Source: Cyanobacteria bacterium auto_48_18 (GTDB lineage Bacteria; Cyanobacteriota; Vampirovibrionia; Obscuribacterales; Obscuribacteraceae). From it: a stretch of 64,000 nt of DNA. The stretch is taken from positions 160,001-224,000 of the forward strand of contig JAVHQC010000006.1 in NCBI GenBank assembly GCA_036170915.1, read 5' to 3'. Numbering within the stretch: position 1 is the stretch's first letter; every line of letters begins with the position of its first letter. A program made the translations under genes and the position numbers. The notes under the pieces are model-generated. The model was not told where the DNA came from. It did not search any database and was given only the letters and a program-made list of their open reading frames with translations. This document shows, piece by piece, positions 19,894-29,720 of the stretch.

Positions 19894-20811
19894 ATGAAGC
19901 AAAGACTGACCATAATCTGCCCGGTTTGCAACGAACAGGCGACCGTGCCCATATTTTTCGAGCGCATCAAGCCTGTGATGGTTAAGCTCTCAGAAACTTA
20001 CGATTGCTCTTTGCTTTTTACCAACAATGCTTCCACAGATGAAACTCCGGCTCAGATTCGTAAAATCAGTGCCGAAAATCCTAACGTCTATATGATCACA
20101 ATCAGTAAAAACGTTGGCTACCAGGCTTCCCTTGAATGTGGTTTGCGTAATGCCAAAGGTGATGTGTTCGTATTTATCGACGTTGATTGCGAAGATCCGC
20201 CCGAGATGATTTTAGATTTCGTACGTTATTACGAACAGGGCTATGACATCGTATATGGTGAACGCGTAGATCGCGATGAGCCTCGCCTGATTATGTGGGG
20301 TCGCAAAGTTTTTTACCGAGTGCTCAAAGCCCTGGCAGATGAAGAAGTAATTCTTGATATGGCGGAATTTTCACTACTTGCCGGTCACGTGCGTGATTCT
20401 ATTGTTAAAGACCACACTTCATTTCCTTTCATTAGAGCGTCAATTGGCCGTGTTGGTTTTAACCGCAAAGGCATCGCATACAAAAGGAATAAACGAGTAG
20501 GCGGTGAAACCCACTTCCGTTTCTTAGGCATGGCCCATTTTGCGGTTGCCGGGATTCTTTCCTCGTCGACTTTGTTTTTACGCTTGCCGATTTACATTTT
20601 TCCAATTTGGTTAGCGGCAGTTACCGCCCTGGCAATTATGCGGGTTTATCAGCCTAGTGCCGTCATTGAGGCTGTAATTATTTTTCTTATCTGCAGCTAT
20701 TTTGGTGCTGCCATCTCATTCATTTCAATTTATGTGGGGCGCACCTATAAAAATTCTTTGGGCAGACCAAATTTCGTTATCGACGATAAAAATTCCGTCT
20801 TGCAGGATTAG
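19894..20811 (+). CDS. GT2 polyprenyl-phosphate glycosyltransferase (GtrB/ArnC-like)
   Basis: PVCNE, NNASTD, DVDCEDPP, two C-terminal TM helices, YVGRTY...RP. Confidence 0.88.
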   Translation: MKQRLTIICPVCNEQATVPIFFERIKPVMVKLSETYDCSLLFTNNASTDETPAQIRKISAENPNVYMITISKNVGYQASLECGLRNAKGDVFVFIDVDCEDPPEMILDFVRYYEQGYDIVYGERVDRDEPRLIMWGRKVFYRVLKALADEEVILDMAEFSLLAGHVRDSIVKDHTSFPFIRASIGRVGFNRKGIAYKRNKRVGGETHFRFLGMAHFAVAGILSSSTLFLRLPIYIFPIWLAAVTALAIMRVYQPSAVIEAVIIFLICSYFGAAISFISIYVGRTYKNSLGRPNFVIDDKNSVLQD

Positions 20812-20814
20812 CAA

Positions 20815-22203
20815 ATGGCTCAAACATTTGACTTTAAACCGCAGGTAGATTTTCTTAGTTTTGATGGTGGTGTTAGGGCCCGCGGCTCGCTGGTCAGACC
20901 GTCGCAGAGTGCTCTGCGAGAGCTTTCTGACATTGAAGAAAAGATTTTAGGCGGCAAAAAAGCACGCATCACTTATGGTGCCGGTTTATCTTTTGGCGCG
21001 CCACATTTTGGTGATGACGTTGTCTCAATTGATAATTCTAGATTCACTGAAATTATTGGCTACGATAATGAAAATGGCCTGCTTGAAGTTCAAGCTGGTG
21101 CCACCATGGCCCATGTGTTCAATTTTTTGGTAGAGAAAGAGCGCTATCTTGTCACCCAGCCTGGTTATCCTTCGATTACTGTAGGCGGCTGTATTGCTGT
21201 AGATGTTCACGGCAAAAATCAACTGCGCGATGGCAACTTTCGCGAACAAGTGCAATCGCTCAAACTTTTTCATCCCTCGCGCGGAATTGTTTCTGCCAGC
21301 CCTGAAATCAATAAAGAGATATTTGATCTTACTTGTGGTGGATACGGACTCACCGGTCATATTATCAGCGCCAAGATTCGCACACGCAGCCTCGTTTCAT
21401 CTACCATGGCGCTTTATATTATTCCGCTTGATGATATTCTTGACACTCCTGCGTACATCACCAAAGCGGCTAAAGAAAATGATTTTGTGGTTTCCTGGCA
21501 CGACTTTAGTGCCCGCGGTGCAGAATTTGGCCGCGGTTTTCTGCTGGTAGGTAAGTTTGTTGCTGGATCGGAAAATTCGTCCCATGGTGCAGGAAGAGCC
21601 CCACAGCTGCCACTCTACTGGCCCCTCGATGCTCACTCACGCAAGGGTATTGACCTGGCTTTTTACAGCCTACCTTTTAATCGCCTGGTAAATGTTCTTT
21701 ATGGAGGCATCAATAGATTTTCCACAGAACCGCGTTTAATTACCGTACAGGAGTGTCTCTATCCGGCTCGGACACTGCGTCAGCTTTACTATAAGATGTT
21801 TGGTCAGGCTGGGTTTCATGAAAGTCAGATGATCGTACCACTCGACCGTTTTGCCGAATTTATTGCCGCCCTGAAAAAGTGGTTAGACCAGAATGAGCTG
21901 GCTGTTACTCTGGCCTCTGCCAAAGTCTTTATGGGCACGCAGAGTCTTTTACGTTTTGACGGTGACGGCATTTGCTTCGCGTTGAATTTCCCTCGATGTG
22001 AGGCCAGCGGCCGGTTCATGCTATTTCTTGATCAGTTGACTCTGGACCTTGGTCTAACACCATATATGGTGAAAGATTCCAGACTGCCTCTGGCTATTGT
22101 TAAAAAGGCCTATCCACAATATGACGAATTCCGCGAGCGTCTGCGCAAATTTGACAGAGAGCGCCTGTACCGTTCGGAGCTTTCCAGGCGGTTGGAACTT
22201 TGA
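20815..22203 (+). CDS. FAD-binding oxidoreductase, DprE1-like (polyprenyl-phospho-sugar oxidase)
   Basis: GAGLSFG, PGYPSITVGGCIAVDVHGKN, TCGGYGLTG, KDSR, C-terminal SELSRRLEL. Confidence 0.85.
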   Translation: MAQTFDFKPQVDFLSFDGGVRARGSLVRPSQSALRELSDIEEKILGGKKARITYGAGLSFGAPHFGDDVVSIDNSRFTEIIGYDNENGLLEVQAGATMAHVFNFLVEKERYLVTQPGYPSITVGGCIAVDVHGKNQLRDGNFREQVQSLKLFHPSRGIVSASPEINKEIFDLTCGGYGLTGHIISAKIRTRSLVSSTMALYIIPLDDILDTPAYITKAAKENDFVVSWHDFSARGAEFGRGFLLVGKFVAGSENSSHGAGRAPQLPLYWPLDAHSRKGIDLAFYSLPFNRLVNVLYGGINRFSTEPRLITVQECLYPARTLRQLYYKMFGQAGFHESQMIVPLDRFAEFIAALKKWLDQNELAVTLASAKVFMGTQSLLRFDGDGICFALNFPRCEASGRFMLFLDQLTLDLGLTPYMVKDSRLPLAIVKKAYPQYDEFRERLRKFDRERLYRSELSRRLEL

Positions 22204-22661
22204 TGAAGCTAGACGCTGCCGCCAGCATTTCATTATTGCTTTTTTTCCTTGATCAAGATCGCTACGCTATCGCTCTATCTCAAGTTGACAGAGTTTATCC
22301 GGTGGTTGAAATCACTGGCGCCGATACGGTTTCTGGAAATGACTATTTAGGCTTTGTCAATTTGCACGGTGAGCTCATTCCTGTGATAAACACAAGATTG
22401 CGCCTGGGCTTGCCTGAGAAAGAAATTGAAATCAGTGACATGCTCATTATGATTTTAGATGGCAGCACCAGATTGGCGCTCATAGTTGATAGCGTGGGCG
22501 AAGTGCTTGAGTATAACGCGGAGCAAATGGTCATGGCCGCTTCTTTGCTTTACAGCAAGGCGCAGGTAAGTGTAATTAGTGTGAGCGCCGGCAACATGGT
22601 CGTGAAAGAAATGCGCGAGTATTTAATTGAGGCCGGCTGCCAGTGGTTGAAGGCTGATTAG
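22203..22661 (+). CDS. cheW: CheW-family coupling protein (WspB-like)
   Basis: RYAIALSQVDRV, GFVNLHGELIPVI, LALIVDSV; ATG overlaps the upstream stop. Confidence 0.8.
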   Translation: MKLDAAASISLLLFFLDQDRYAIALSQVDRVYPVVEITGADTVSGNDYLGFVNLHGELIPVINTRLRLGLPEKEIEISDMLIMILDGSTRLALIVDSVGEVLEYNAEQMVMAASLLYSKAQVSVISVSAGNMVVKEMREYLIEAGCQWLKAD

Positions 22662-22715
22662 TTTCTAAGCTGCGGTTTAGTGCTTGCTTGTGATGCCAAT
22701 TTGCTGCCTATGAAT

Positions 22716-22761
22716 TTTTACAACTTACAGGTTGTAAAACCATACAACTTACAGGTTGTAT
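22716..22761. repeat. Tandem pair of an 18-bp palindromic unit TACAAC-TTACAG-GTTGTA (24-bp period)
   Basis: Exact copies at 22719-22736 and 22743-22760 between convergent genes. Confidence 0.85.
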
Positions 22762-22819
22762 TTTTTCTTAGCGTTTTACAAAGACTGCTCGGACCATAGA
22801 CAGAATTTTTCGAAAAGCC

Positions 22820-24091
22820 CTAATTTTTATACTTGGCCACGAGAGTTTCTAAAACCGCCTGAATGGCTGTGAGACTGTGAGCAGCTTCTTCTATTTGTTT
22901 ACTTGAAGCGACATGCTGCTTGGTGGCGTCTTGAATGCCTTGCATGGCAGTGACTACCTGATCTATGCCCGTCAATTGTTCTTGCGATGCTGCGGCTATT
23001 TGCACTGCTGCACTGGCGGCTTCGCTGACGCTGTGAGAAAGAGATTCAATAGAACGACCAGCTTCACTGGATTGTTTCACTGCCGATTCAACGGTGCGAG
23101 TGCCTTGCTCAATAGACGAAGCCGCTTGTTGAGTCGCCTGCTGAATATCACTCAGAATCTTTCGCACTTCTGCGGTGGCCTGCTTAGATTGATTAGAAAG
23201 AGCCTTTACTTCTTGAGCGACTACAGCAAAACCCTTGCCAAGCTCGCCTGCGCGGGCCGCTTCAATTGAGGCGTTTACTGCCAGCAAATTAGACTGTTGC
23301 GAGAGCTCGTCTACTGAAGCAGTGATTTCGGCAATTGCCTGGCCTTTTTCTGTTAGTCCCGCCATATTCATGGCAATAGAACGCATCTGTTCGCGAATAT
23401 CGTTCATTTGTTCGATGGTATCATCGGCGGCGGCTTTTCCAGCCATAGAAATTTGGGCAGCCTGCTGGGCAAGATCAGCCACATAACGGCCTTTTTGCGT
23501 AGCTACGAGAGTTGTTTGCCTGACTTGTTCGGCAGAAACTGTAGTTTGCGTCACAGTTGCCGCGGTATGAGTAGAGCTAACTGACGATTGACTGGTGGAG
23601 ACCACAATTTGCCGTACTGAGCTTGATAAAACTTGTACTGCTTCAGCAATCTGCAAAGTATCTGAGCGCAAATTGTTTACCATCAATTCAAAAGTTGAGG
23701 TGAGCGCGCCCAGCTCATCATCTTGCGAGGCCTTAGGAATTTGGTACTTAAGATCGCCTTGACCGATTTTGTAAGCGGCGTCAGTAAGGTTTTTTAGTGG
23801 AAGGATGACGCTCGTATCCATAAAACTTTTGATCTTTAAGGTAGTAAAAATAACAATCAATGTGGCAACAAGATAGGCGAATCCAACAATTTGATTGGAT
23901 TGCCTCAAACTTTCCACAGTGGCTAAAAGCTCAGGCTGATTATTGCCGAGACCAGCCACAATTTTTTTAATGGCTTCTTCTGAGCCGCACCACTGGCAGA
24001 CGAGATAGATAGTTGTGAGGATGAAGAGAGTGGAAGACCACGCCAGCTGACCGGATAATTTAGACTTGAGACTTTGATTATCAGACGGCAT
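22820..24091 (-). CDS. Methyl-accepting chemotaxis protein (2 TM, HAMP, signalling domain; WspA-like)
   Basis: [34 protein letters not shown] hairpin tip; HAMP DELGAL. Confidence 0.95.
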   Translation of the reverse strand: MPSDNQSLKSKLSGQLAWSSTLFILTTIYLVCQWCGSEEAIKKIVAGLGNNQPELLATVESLRQSNQIVGFAYLVATLIVIFTTLKIKSFMDTSVILPLKNLTDAAYKIGQGDLKYQIPKASQDDELGALTSTFELMVNNLRSDTLQIAEAVQVLSSSVRQIVVSTSQSSVSSTHTAATVTQTTVSAEQVRQTTLVATQKGRYVADLAQQAAQISMAGKAAADDTIEQMNDIREQMRSIAMNMAGLTEKGQAIAEITASVDELSQQSNLLAVNASIEAARAGELGKGFAVVAQEVKALSNQSKQATAEVRKILSDIQQATQQAASSIEQGTRTVESAVKQSSEAGRSIESLSHSVSEAASAAVQIAAASQEQLTGIDQVVTAMQGIQDATKQHVASSKQIEEAAHSLTAIQAVLETLVAKYKN

Positions 24092-24146
24092 GCTTCACCT
24101 GTTTCAATGTATCAATTCTATTATAGATTCTGGCTTCTCAAACACA

Positions 24147-24644
24147 CTATTGTGCCTGCAGGTCAATTATCTGCCTGTAGGCCATAAGCAAAAAATGACT
24201 CATTCTCGCCTGACCGCCAAGTTCTGGCACCTCTAGTCTTTCGTCTTCAATGGTGAGAATGTTGCTTTGATCTTGGCTGAGAGCGAGTTGTACCTGTGCT
24301 ACAAAAGTCTTCTGGTTGGCTGATTTAAACACGATACCATCGGCAGCGCTGTTCAATATTTCTGCCACTTCAGCTAGCTGACTCGCCGTAATCAGCAAAA
24401 TCGCTTTAATGTCTTTGGTGGCATGATTTTCTTTCATGGCCTTAACCAGCTCATAACCGCTGATGCCAGGCATGTTGATATCTGTGAGCACCACATCCGG
24501 TATGAGTTGATTGAGAGCCTCGAGAGCTTTTTCTCCCGACCTGGCCACGGTTATCTTGTATCCCGCCTGAGTCAATGCATGCTGCATATACATGGCCTGG
24601 GTCATGGTATCTTCCACTAATAAAATTGAAGTTCCTAAACTCAC
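24147..24644 (-). CDS. Response regulator (REC + short C-terminal tail, no output domain)
   Basis: VED, DVVLTDINMPG, conserved K in FKS. Confidence 0.85.
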   Translation of the reverse strand: MSLGTSILLVEDTMTQAMYMQHALTQAGYKITVARSGEKALEALNQLIPDVVLTDINMPGISGYELVKAMKENHATKDIKAILLITASQLAEVAEILNSAADGIVFKSANQKTFVAQVQLALSQDQSNILTIEDERLEVPELGGQARMSHFLLMAYRQIIDLQAQ

Positions 24645-24653
24645 ATCCGCTCC

Positions 24654-25703
24654 TTACACGTGCAGTTTATTCAAGCTTGATAATAAGACCGCTATAGTTG
24701 CCGGCTTCATAACGTGGCAGGCGGCACCAATATCGATGGCAGCACCAGGCATACCGTGTACAACAGAGCTATCTTTGTCTTGGGCGATAGTTATGCCACC
24801 TTTTTGCTTCAAGGCAAGCATCTCGGCCGCCCCGTCCTTCCCCATTCCCGTTAGTAAAAGGGCCAGGCAATCAGTGGGCTTATTATCAGCCAGCGATTGA
24901 AATAGAAAAGAAACTGAGGGGCGGTGGCCCTGTTGGGGCAGGTCTTTAGATAATGTGATGTGGTCTGTCTTTATACCAAGATGATAATCTTCAGGGCTCA
25001 AATAAACGGTACCGTTTTGCAATTTCTCCCCGTTATCGGCTACTTTTACTTTGAGTTTGAGCGAATGCTGTAGCCATTCCACCATACCAGCAAGAAAACC
25101 GGGAGCTATGTGTTGCACCAATAAAATCGCTGCCGGATAGTCGGGCGGCAAATCTTTCAAAATTGCTTCAATTACCGGCGGCCCACCGGTGGAGGCACCT
25201 ATGCCAACTATTTTGATTTGATTATTGAGCAAGCCTGCCGCTTTTGTGCTCTGATCTATTTCTATTTTGCCTGCCCGGGGCCAACGTTTGACCACTTTGA
25301 CCCCGGCCATGTCTTTAATGGTTTGTATCAACCGCGCAGAGTTGGCCTGAAAATCGTCTTTACCGATTGAAATAGGCTTTGCCACCGCAGCTAGTGCTCC
25401 AGCTTCGATCAATTGATAGGCTCGCTCCACATCTGCCACCAGACAGCTAGCACTAACAACAATTATAGGAACGGGCCTGGTTTCCATAATCTGTCTGGTA
25501 ACGGCCAGACCGTCAATTCCCGGCAGATGCACATCCATAGTAATTAAGTCGGGTGAAATTTTGGCTAACTGTGAGAGAGCTTCTTCGCCGCTCGAGACTA
25601 TGGACACCACTTCAATCTGTTTATCTTGCGAAAGTATTTTCACCAGCAGCTTCTGTGCTGTCAGAGAATCTTCAACAATCATCACTCTAATTGGCGCCTT
25701 CAT
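24654..25703 (-). CDS. cheB: Chemotaxis methylesterase CheB (REC + catalytic domain)
   Basis: GASTGGP, VQHI, LTGMGKDG triad motifs; HRPSV. Confidence 0.95.
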   Translation of the reverse strand: MKAPIRVMIVEDSLTAQKLLVKILSQDKQIEVVSIVSSGEEALSQLAKISPDLITMDVHLPGIDGLAVTRQIMETRPVPIIVVSASCLVADVERAYQLIEAGALAAVAKPISIGKDDFQANSARLIQTIKDMAGVKVVKRWPRAGKIEIDQSTKAAGLLNNQIKIVGIGASTGGPPVIEAILKDLPPDYPAAILLVQHIAPGFLAGMVEWLQHSLKLKVKVADNGEKLQNGTVYLSPEDYHLGIKTDHITLSKDLPQQGHRPSVSFLFQSLADNKPTDCLALLLTGMGKDGAAEMLALKQKGGITIAQDKDSSVVHGMPGAAIDIGAACHVMKPATIAVLLSSLNKLHV

Positions 25704-28021
25704 ATAAGCTTTTTAATTACTTCCAGTATGCTGCTTTGTTGCTCATCACCTTTGACTATAAAATCGTCAGCACCTGCTGCCATTCCTTCTTCTCTATGTT
25801 CTTTACCTGCCAATGATGTGATTAGCACCACCGGTAGCTCTTTTAGCGCGTCAGAAGCGCGAATCGCTTTTAGTAATTCAAAACCATTGAGCAGAGGCAT
25901 TTCAACGTCTGTAAGCACCAGATCAAATGTATCGAGTTTGAGTTTGTTCAGTGCGTCCTGCCCATCGACAGCCAGGGTAACTCGATAACCTGCAGCTTCC
26001 ACAATGCTGCGCATAAAGACGCGTGCTGTGACCGAATCGTCAACTATAAGCACCGATTGCTTACTATTGTTTTCATCTTCGCGATCAAGCATGGCCGCCA
26101 GTCCTGACGCTAATTTTTGATCTTGCATAAAACGAGTGTTGACGATAGTTTCCACTAAGTCACTAATATTGAGCACCAGGGCGACTTTGCCATCAGCAAG
26201 AATGGTGGCGCCGGCAAAATTATTTAACTGCCCTAGTGGATAGCCGAGTTTCTTTACCAAAAATTCTTGTTCAATCAAAATTTGATCGACAATCAAACCG
26301 GCTTTTTTATCTCGATAGCTGAGTACGAGCATCTCAAGATATTTAAATCCACGTGACTGGCTGTGGGTAGAATGTATTGGCGCAGCCGGTAAATTAAGGG
26401 CTTTTGCTAACGATGCTACCGGAAGAACTTGGCCATCTACAATAAAGGTTTCGCGCTCATCAACTATTTCTAGTGCCAGCGGGTGAACTCTAATGGCGCG
26501 GTTCAAACCTGCTAAGGGCACCACGAAACGCTGGCCGGCCGCCTCTACCAGCACACCCATGAATGTGGCTAGAGTAGTGGGCACAATAATGCGAAAGCTG
26601 GTGCCTACGCCTCCTGAGCTGGTAAGCTCAATGCGCCCGTTCAGTTCTTCAATTTTTTCTTTGACGATAGCCAACCCCAATCCTCGGCCGGAAAGTTCGT
26701 TCACCGTCTCTCGTGTGGAAAAATCAGGCCTGAAAATCAAGGCATAAACTTCGTCAATGCTTAAGGCCACAGCCTCTTTCTCAGTCAATAATTGCTTTTT
26801 AATGGCTGAGCGGCGCACCGCTTCTTCATCAATGCCTCTGCCGTTGTCGACAATCACTATTTCAATCGTTTCACCGTTCAACTGTCTGGCCGACACTGTC
26901 AGCTGCGCTTGCCTTTTGCCGGCAGCGTGGCGCTCAGTGGTGCTTTCAATGGCATGATCCATAGCGTTGCGAAGTAAGTGAACAAGCGGGTCTTTAAGGC
27001 GTTCTAAAATTCTACGATCGATTTCAAGTTCACCACCCTCGATAATTAAGTGCACATCTTTATCAAGTTCGCGATTGAGCTCTCTTATCAGTCTGGGAAA
27101 AACCTCAAAACAACTTGCCACAGGCAGCATGACTAAAGTTTTGGCGCTTTCAAGATAGCGATTGATAGTTAAGGCCGTAGTGTTGCCGTCTCGAGCCGCT
27201 CCCCGCGCCATGCCTGTCACTTTAGACTGCACCTGTTGAGCCAGGCTGAGAAGAGCACGTCTTTCTTGCGGAGACGAAAGTAAACTGACTTCATCTGTTA
27301 AATGCGTGACCAGACTTTTCAGTTGCTGTAATTGTTGCAACTGTTCGCCGGCTTTTGTTTTGACTGTAATCAGCTCTTCTGATTCGGAGAGCAGTCTGTC
27401 CAACTTCTCGAAAGGCACACGCACTGACGTTAGGTTGTCTATCACCACAGGCGATGGTGCAGCTTGAATTTCTTGCGGCGTAGACTTCGTTGCTGAAACG
27501 TCATTTTTAGGCGGCATCGGCTCTTTCTTCACATCGACTTTTTGGTCTTCTGCGCGGCCGAAAATGTCATAACTGTTGGCGTCTTGGGAAACTGCAACTT
27601 CCATGTTAATGTCATCGCTCTCAAGTATCGCAGCAAGAATCTTTTTTACTTCCGCTTTGATCTTTTCTTTGCCGCTTAGATTATCATCGGCCAGCACCAC
27701 GAGCTCGTCTAACAATTCAAGACTGAGAGTGAGCTTGTGCAAATCGGTGGGCTCAATGGCGCGATTGTCTTTTTTATGATTGCTAAGCGCTGTCTCCAGC
27801 CACTGGCAAATTGTTACTGCCTGACTTTCGCTTACGGCCCGAGCTGCACCTTTAAAGCTGTGCAGAAGTGAAAGTGAACGACTGATATGTGGTAGCTGGT
27901 CACCATATGTAGTACCGGCGTCAGTTAACGCTAAAAGTTTCTTTTGCACCTCCGTCAAAAGCTCGCTGGCCTCTTCTCGGTAGGCCTCTTTTAAACGGCG
28001 ATTAAAGTCTTCATCGGTCAA
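25700..28021 (-). CDS. cheA: Hybrid CheA (Hpt-HATPase-CheW-REC; WspE-like)
   Basis: LHSFKGAAR, DPLVHLLRNAMDH, DNGRG, SGRGLGL, C-terminal TDVEMP receiver. Confidence 0.93.
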   Translation of the reverse strand: MTDEDFNRRLKEAYREEASELLTEVQKKLLALTDAGTTYGDQLPHISRSLSLLHSFKGAARAVSESQAVTICQWLETALSNHKKDNRAIEPTDLHKLTLSLELLDELVVLADDNLSGKEKIKAEVKKILAAILESDDINMEVAVSQDANSYDIFGRAEDQKVDVKKEPMPPKNDVSATKSTPQEIQAAPSPVVIDNLTSVRVPFEKLDRLLSESEELITVKTKAGEQLQQLQQLKSLVTHLTDEVSLLSSPQERRALLSLAQQVQSKVTGMARGAARDGNTTALTINRYLESAKTLVMLPVASCFEVFPRLIRELNRELDKDVHLIIEGGELEIDRRILERLKDPLVHLLRNAMDHAIESTTERHAAGKRQAQLTVSARQLNGETIEIVIVDNGRGIDEEAVRRSAIKKQLLTEKEAVALSIDEVYALIFRPDFSTRETVNELSGRGLGLAIVKEKIEELNGRIELTSSGGVGTSFRIIVPTTLATFMGVLVEAAGQRFVVPLAGLNRAIRVHPLALEIVDERETFIVDGQVLPVASLAKALNLPAAPIHSTHSQSRGFKYLEMLVLSYRDKKAGLIVDQILIEQEFLVKKLGYPLGQLNNFAGATILADGKVALVLNISDLVETIVNTRFMQDQKLASGLAAMLDREDENNSKQSVLIVDDSVTARVFMRSIVEAAGYRVTLAVDGQDALNKLKLDTFDLVLTDVEMPLLNGFELLKAIRASDALKELPVVLITSLAGKEHREEGMAAGADDFIVKGDEQQSSILEVIKKLI

Positions 28022-29622
28022 TTAGTAGCCTCTGGCACCGGCAACTGAGAAAGTATGGCTGAGATTTGTTTGTCTACTGGCGTGTAAAATTCTTTCAATT
28101 CCTGATAGATACTTTTTGCTTCTCGCCAGCGGTTTTTGACGCCGCATTCGGCTAACTGAGTGGCTTTTTTAGCCATGTGACTGAGCCCCAGAGAAGCACA
28201 TGGACCTTTAATCGAATAGGCGAAATGGCTGACAGCTTCTGAGTCTTTAGACTCGACTGCTAGCTCAAGACATTCGACAAATGTTCCGGACACACCTACA
28301 AAAAGACGCAGAATAGCTTCTGACTCAGCGGCACCATAGGTGCTTTCTAGTTGTTTGATATCGATGGGCCCTTCGGCCGATCGCGATGAGAGTAATGAAG
28401 ACGGTTCTCGAGCGTCATCAAAAAGCACCACCCGGGCACGGTTTGCTCGATTTTGTTCGCCCCCTTCAGTTGTTTTGGCTGGCAACCATTTTGTGATTGA
28501 CTGCCGCAAAAGAGTTTCAGGCGAGCCTTTTGTAATAAAGTCATTCATTCCGGCCGCTAAACACTTTTCTCGATCACCTTCACGGTCATAAGCGGTGACC
28601 GCAATAATAGGAATTTGCGATTTTTCCTGTTCAAGAGCACGAATTTGAGTGGTGGCTTCATAGCCATCTACCTCAGGCATATCGCAATCCATTAAAATTA
28701 AATCGAAGTCTGCCGAGCGCACTGCGTCTACTGCTTCGCTGCCGCTTTTGACAAGAGTAACTGCAAAACCCATGCGCTCAAGCTGCAATTTCAGCAATTT
28801 TTGATTGACTGCCACATCATCGGCCACCAGTACTTTTACATCGTCGCCGGCAGTCTCTTTTCCTCGTTTCTCGGCTTCCTCAATGTCAGCATGATCGTGC
28901 ATTGCTAGTTGGTGTTCTTTGTTGGCGCTGTCAGCCAACTCGATATCCTGACTTCTTACCCGAGTAAGTTTGCGACTGAGCATGTCTAGCTCTTTGCTGG
29001 CCAGGGTGATGTTGTCTAGCCGCTGTTCGAGCTCACCGCAAAGATTGCTTAGCTCGTTGACAACCGCCACGTGCTCTGTGATATCGGCTAGAAAAGCGAT
29101 TACGCCGCCAATTTCACCGCTCTCCGGACCGGCCAGAGTAGAAACAGTGACGCGCAGCCAGAGTGGTCTGTCTGTCTGCCCTGGTCTTTTGACAATAATC
29201 TCTGTATCTTCCAGTTTTTTCGCCGAACCGCTTAAAGCTTCGGCCCATGGCAATTCTTTGTCAGTCAGATGCGTCGTGCCGTCGGTTTTAAAAAGCCCGT
29301 GAGCATCGCCTTCGTCGGCATTGAGGCTGCCAGCAAGTAGATATTGGGCACGGTCATTAAAGAGCAGTTTTTCGCCATCGGCGCCAAAAACCATCGCTCC
29401 CACTTGCTTGTTGGACAATATCGATTTGAGAATGCGGGGGAACTCAAGCAGCGGTTCCACTCGTGAATTTTGGGCGCTGAGCAAACCGGTAAGCTCAATC
29501 GTCATTCGCTCGAGTTCAGGCCGAAGCTGATTTTTCGTCTGGTCTATGCCTTGAAGAGTGATCTTCAAATCGTCCAGTTGCAAAATTAGTCTCTGCACTG
29601 GGGCTTCCCATTCCACCGTCAT
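28018..29622 (-). CDS. PAS-like + coiled coil + REC + Hpt-like protein (no kinase core)
   Basis: PAS-like N-half; DLILMDCDMPEVDG receiver; C-terminal AYSIKGP Hpt-like motif lacking the His; alternative start 29655. Confidence 0.8.
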   Translation of the reverse strand: MTVEWEAPVQRLILQLDDLKITLQGIDQTKNQLRPELERMTIELTGLLSAQNSRVEPLLEFPRILKSILSNKQVGAMVFGADGEKLLFNDRAQYLLAGSLNADEGDAHGLFKTDGTTHLTDKELPWAEALSGSAKKLEDTEIIVKRPGQTDRPLWLRVTVSTLAGPESGEIGGVIAFLADITEHVAVVNELSNLCGELEQRLDNITLASKELDMLSRKLTRVRSQDIELADSANKEHQLAMHDHADIEEAEKRGKETAGDDVKVLVADDVAVNQKLLKLQLERMGFAVTLVKSGSEAVDAVRSADFDLILMDCDMPEVDGYEATTQIRALEQEKSQIPIIAVTAYDREGDREKCLAAGMNDFITKGSPETLLRQSITKWLPAKTTEGGEQNRANRARVVLFDDAREPSSLLSSRSAEGPIDIKQLESTYGAAESEAILRLFVGVSGTFVECLELAVESKDSEAVSHFAYSIKGPCASLGLSHMAKKATQLAECGVKNRWREAKSIYQELKEFYTPVDKQISAILSQLPVPEATN

Positions 29623-29720
29623 TTTGTAACCACCACTTTTAAAACTCAGGGGCATTTTAACTCAGTGCCTATGCTCTATACAATAATAATAAGGTCGGCG
29701 TGGCAACCGGAGGCTAATCA

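Noticed and set aside
22719..22760. Possible CRISPR mini-array
   Set aside because: Only two 18-bp units with a 6-bp spacer; no cas genes in the window
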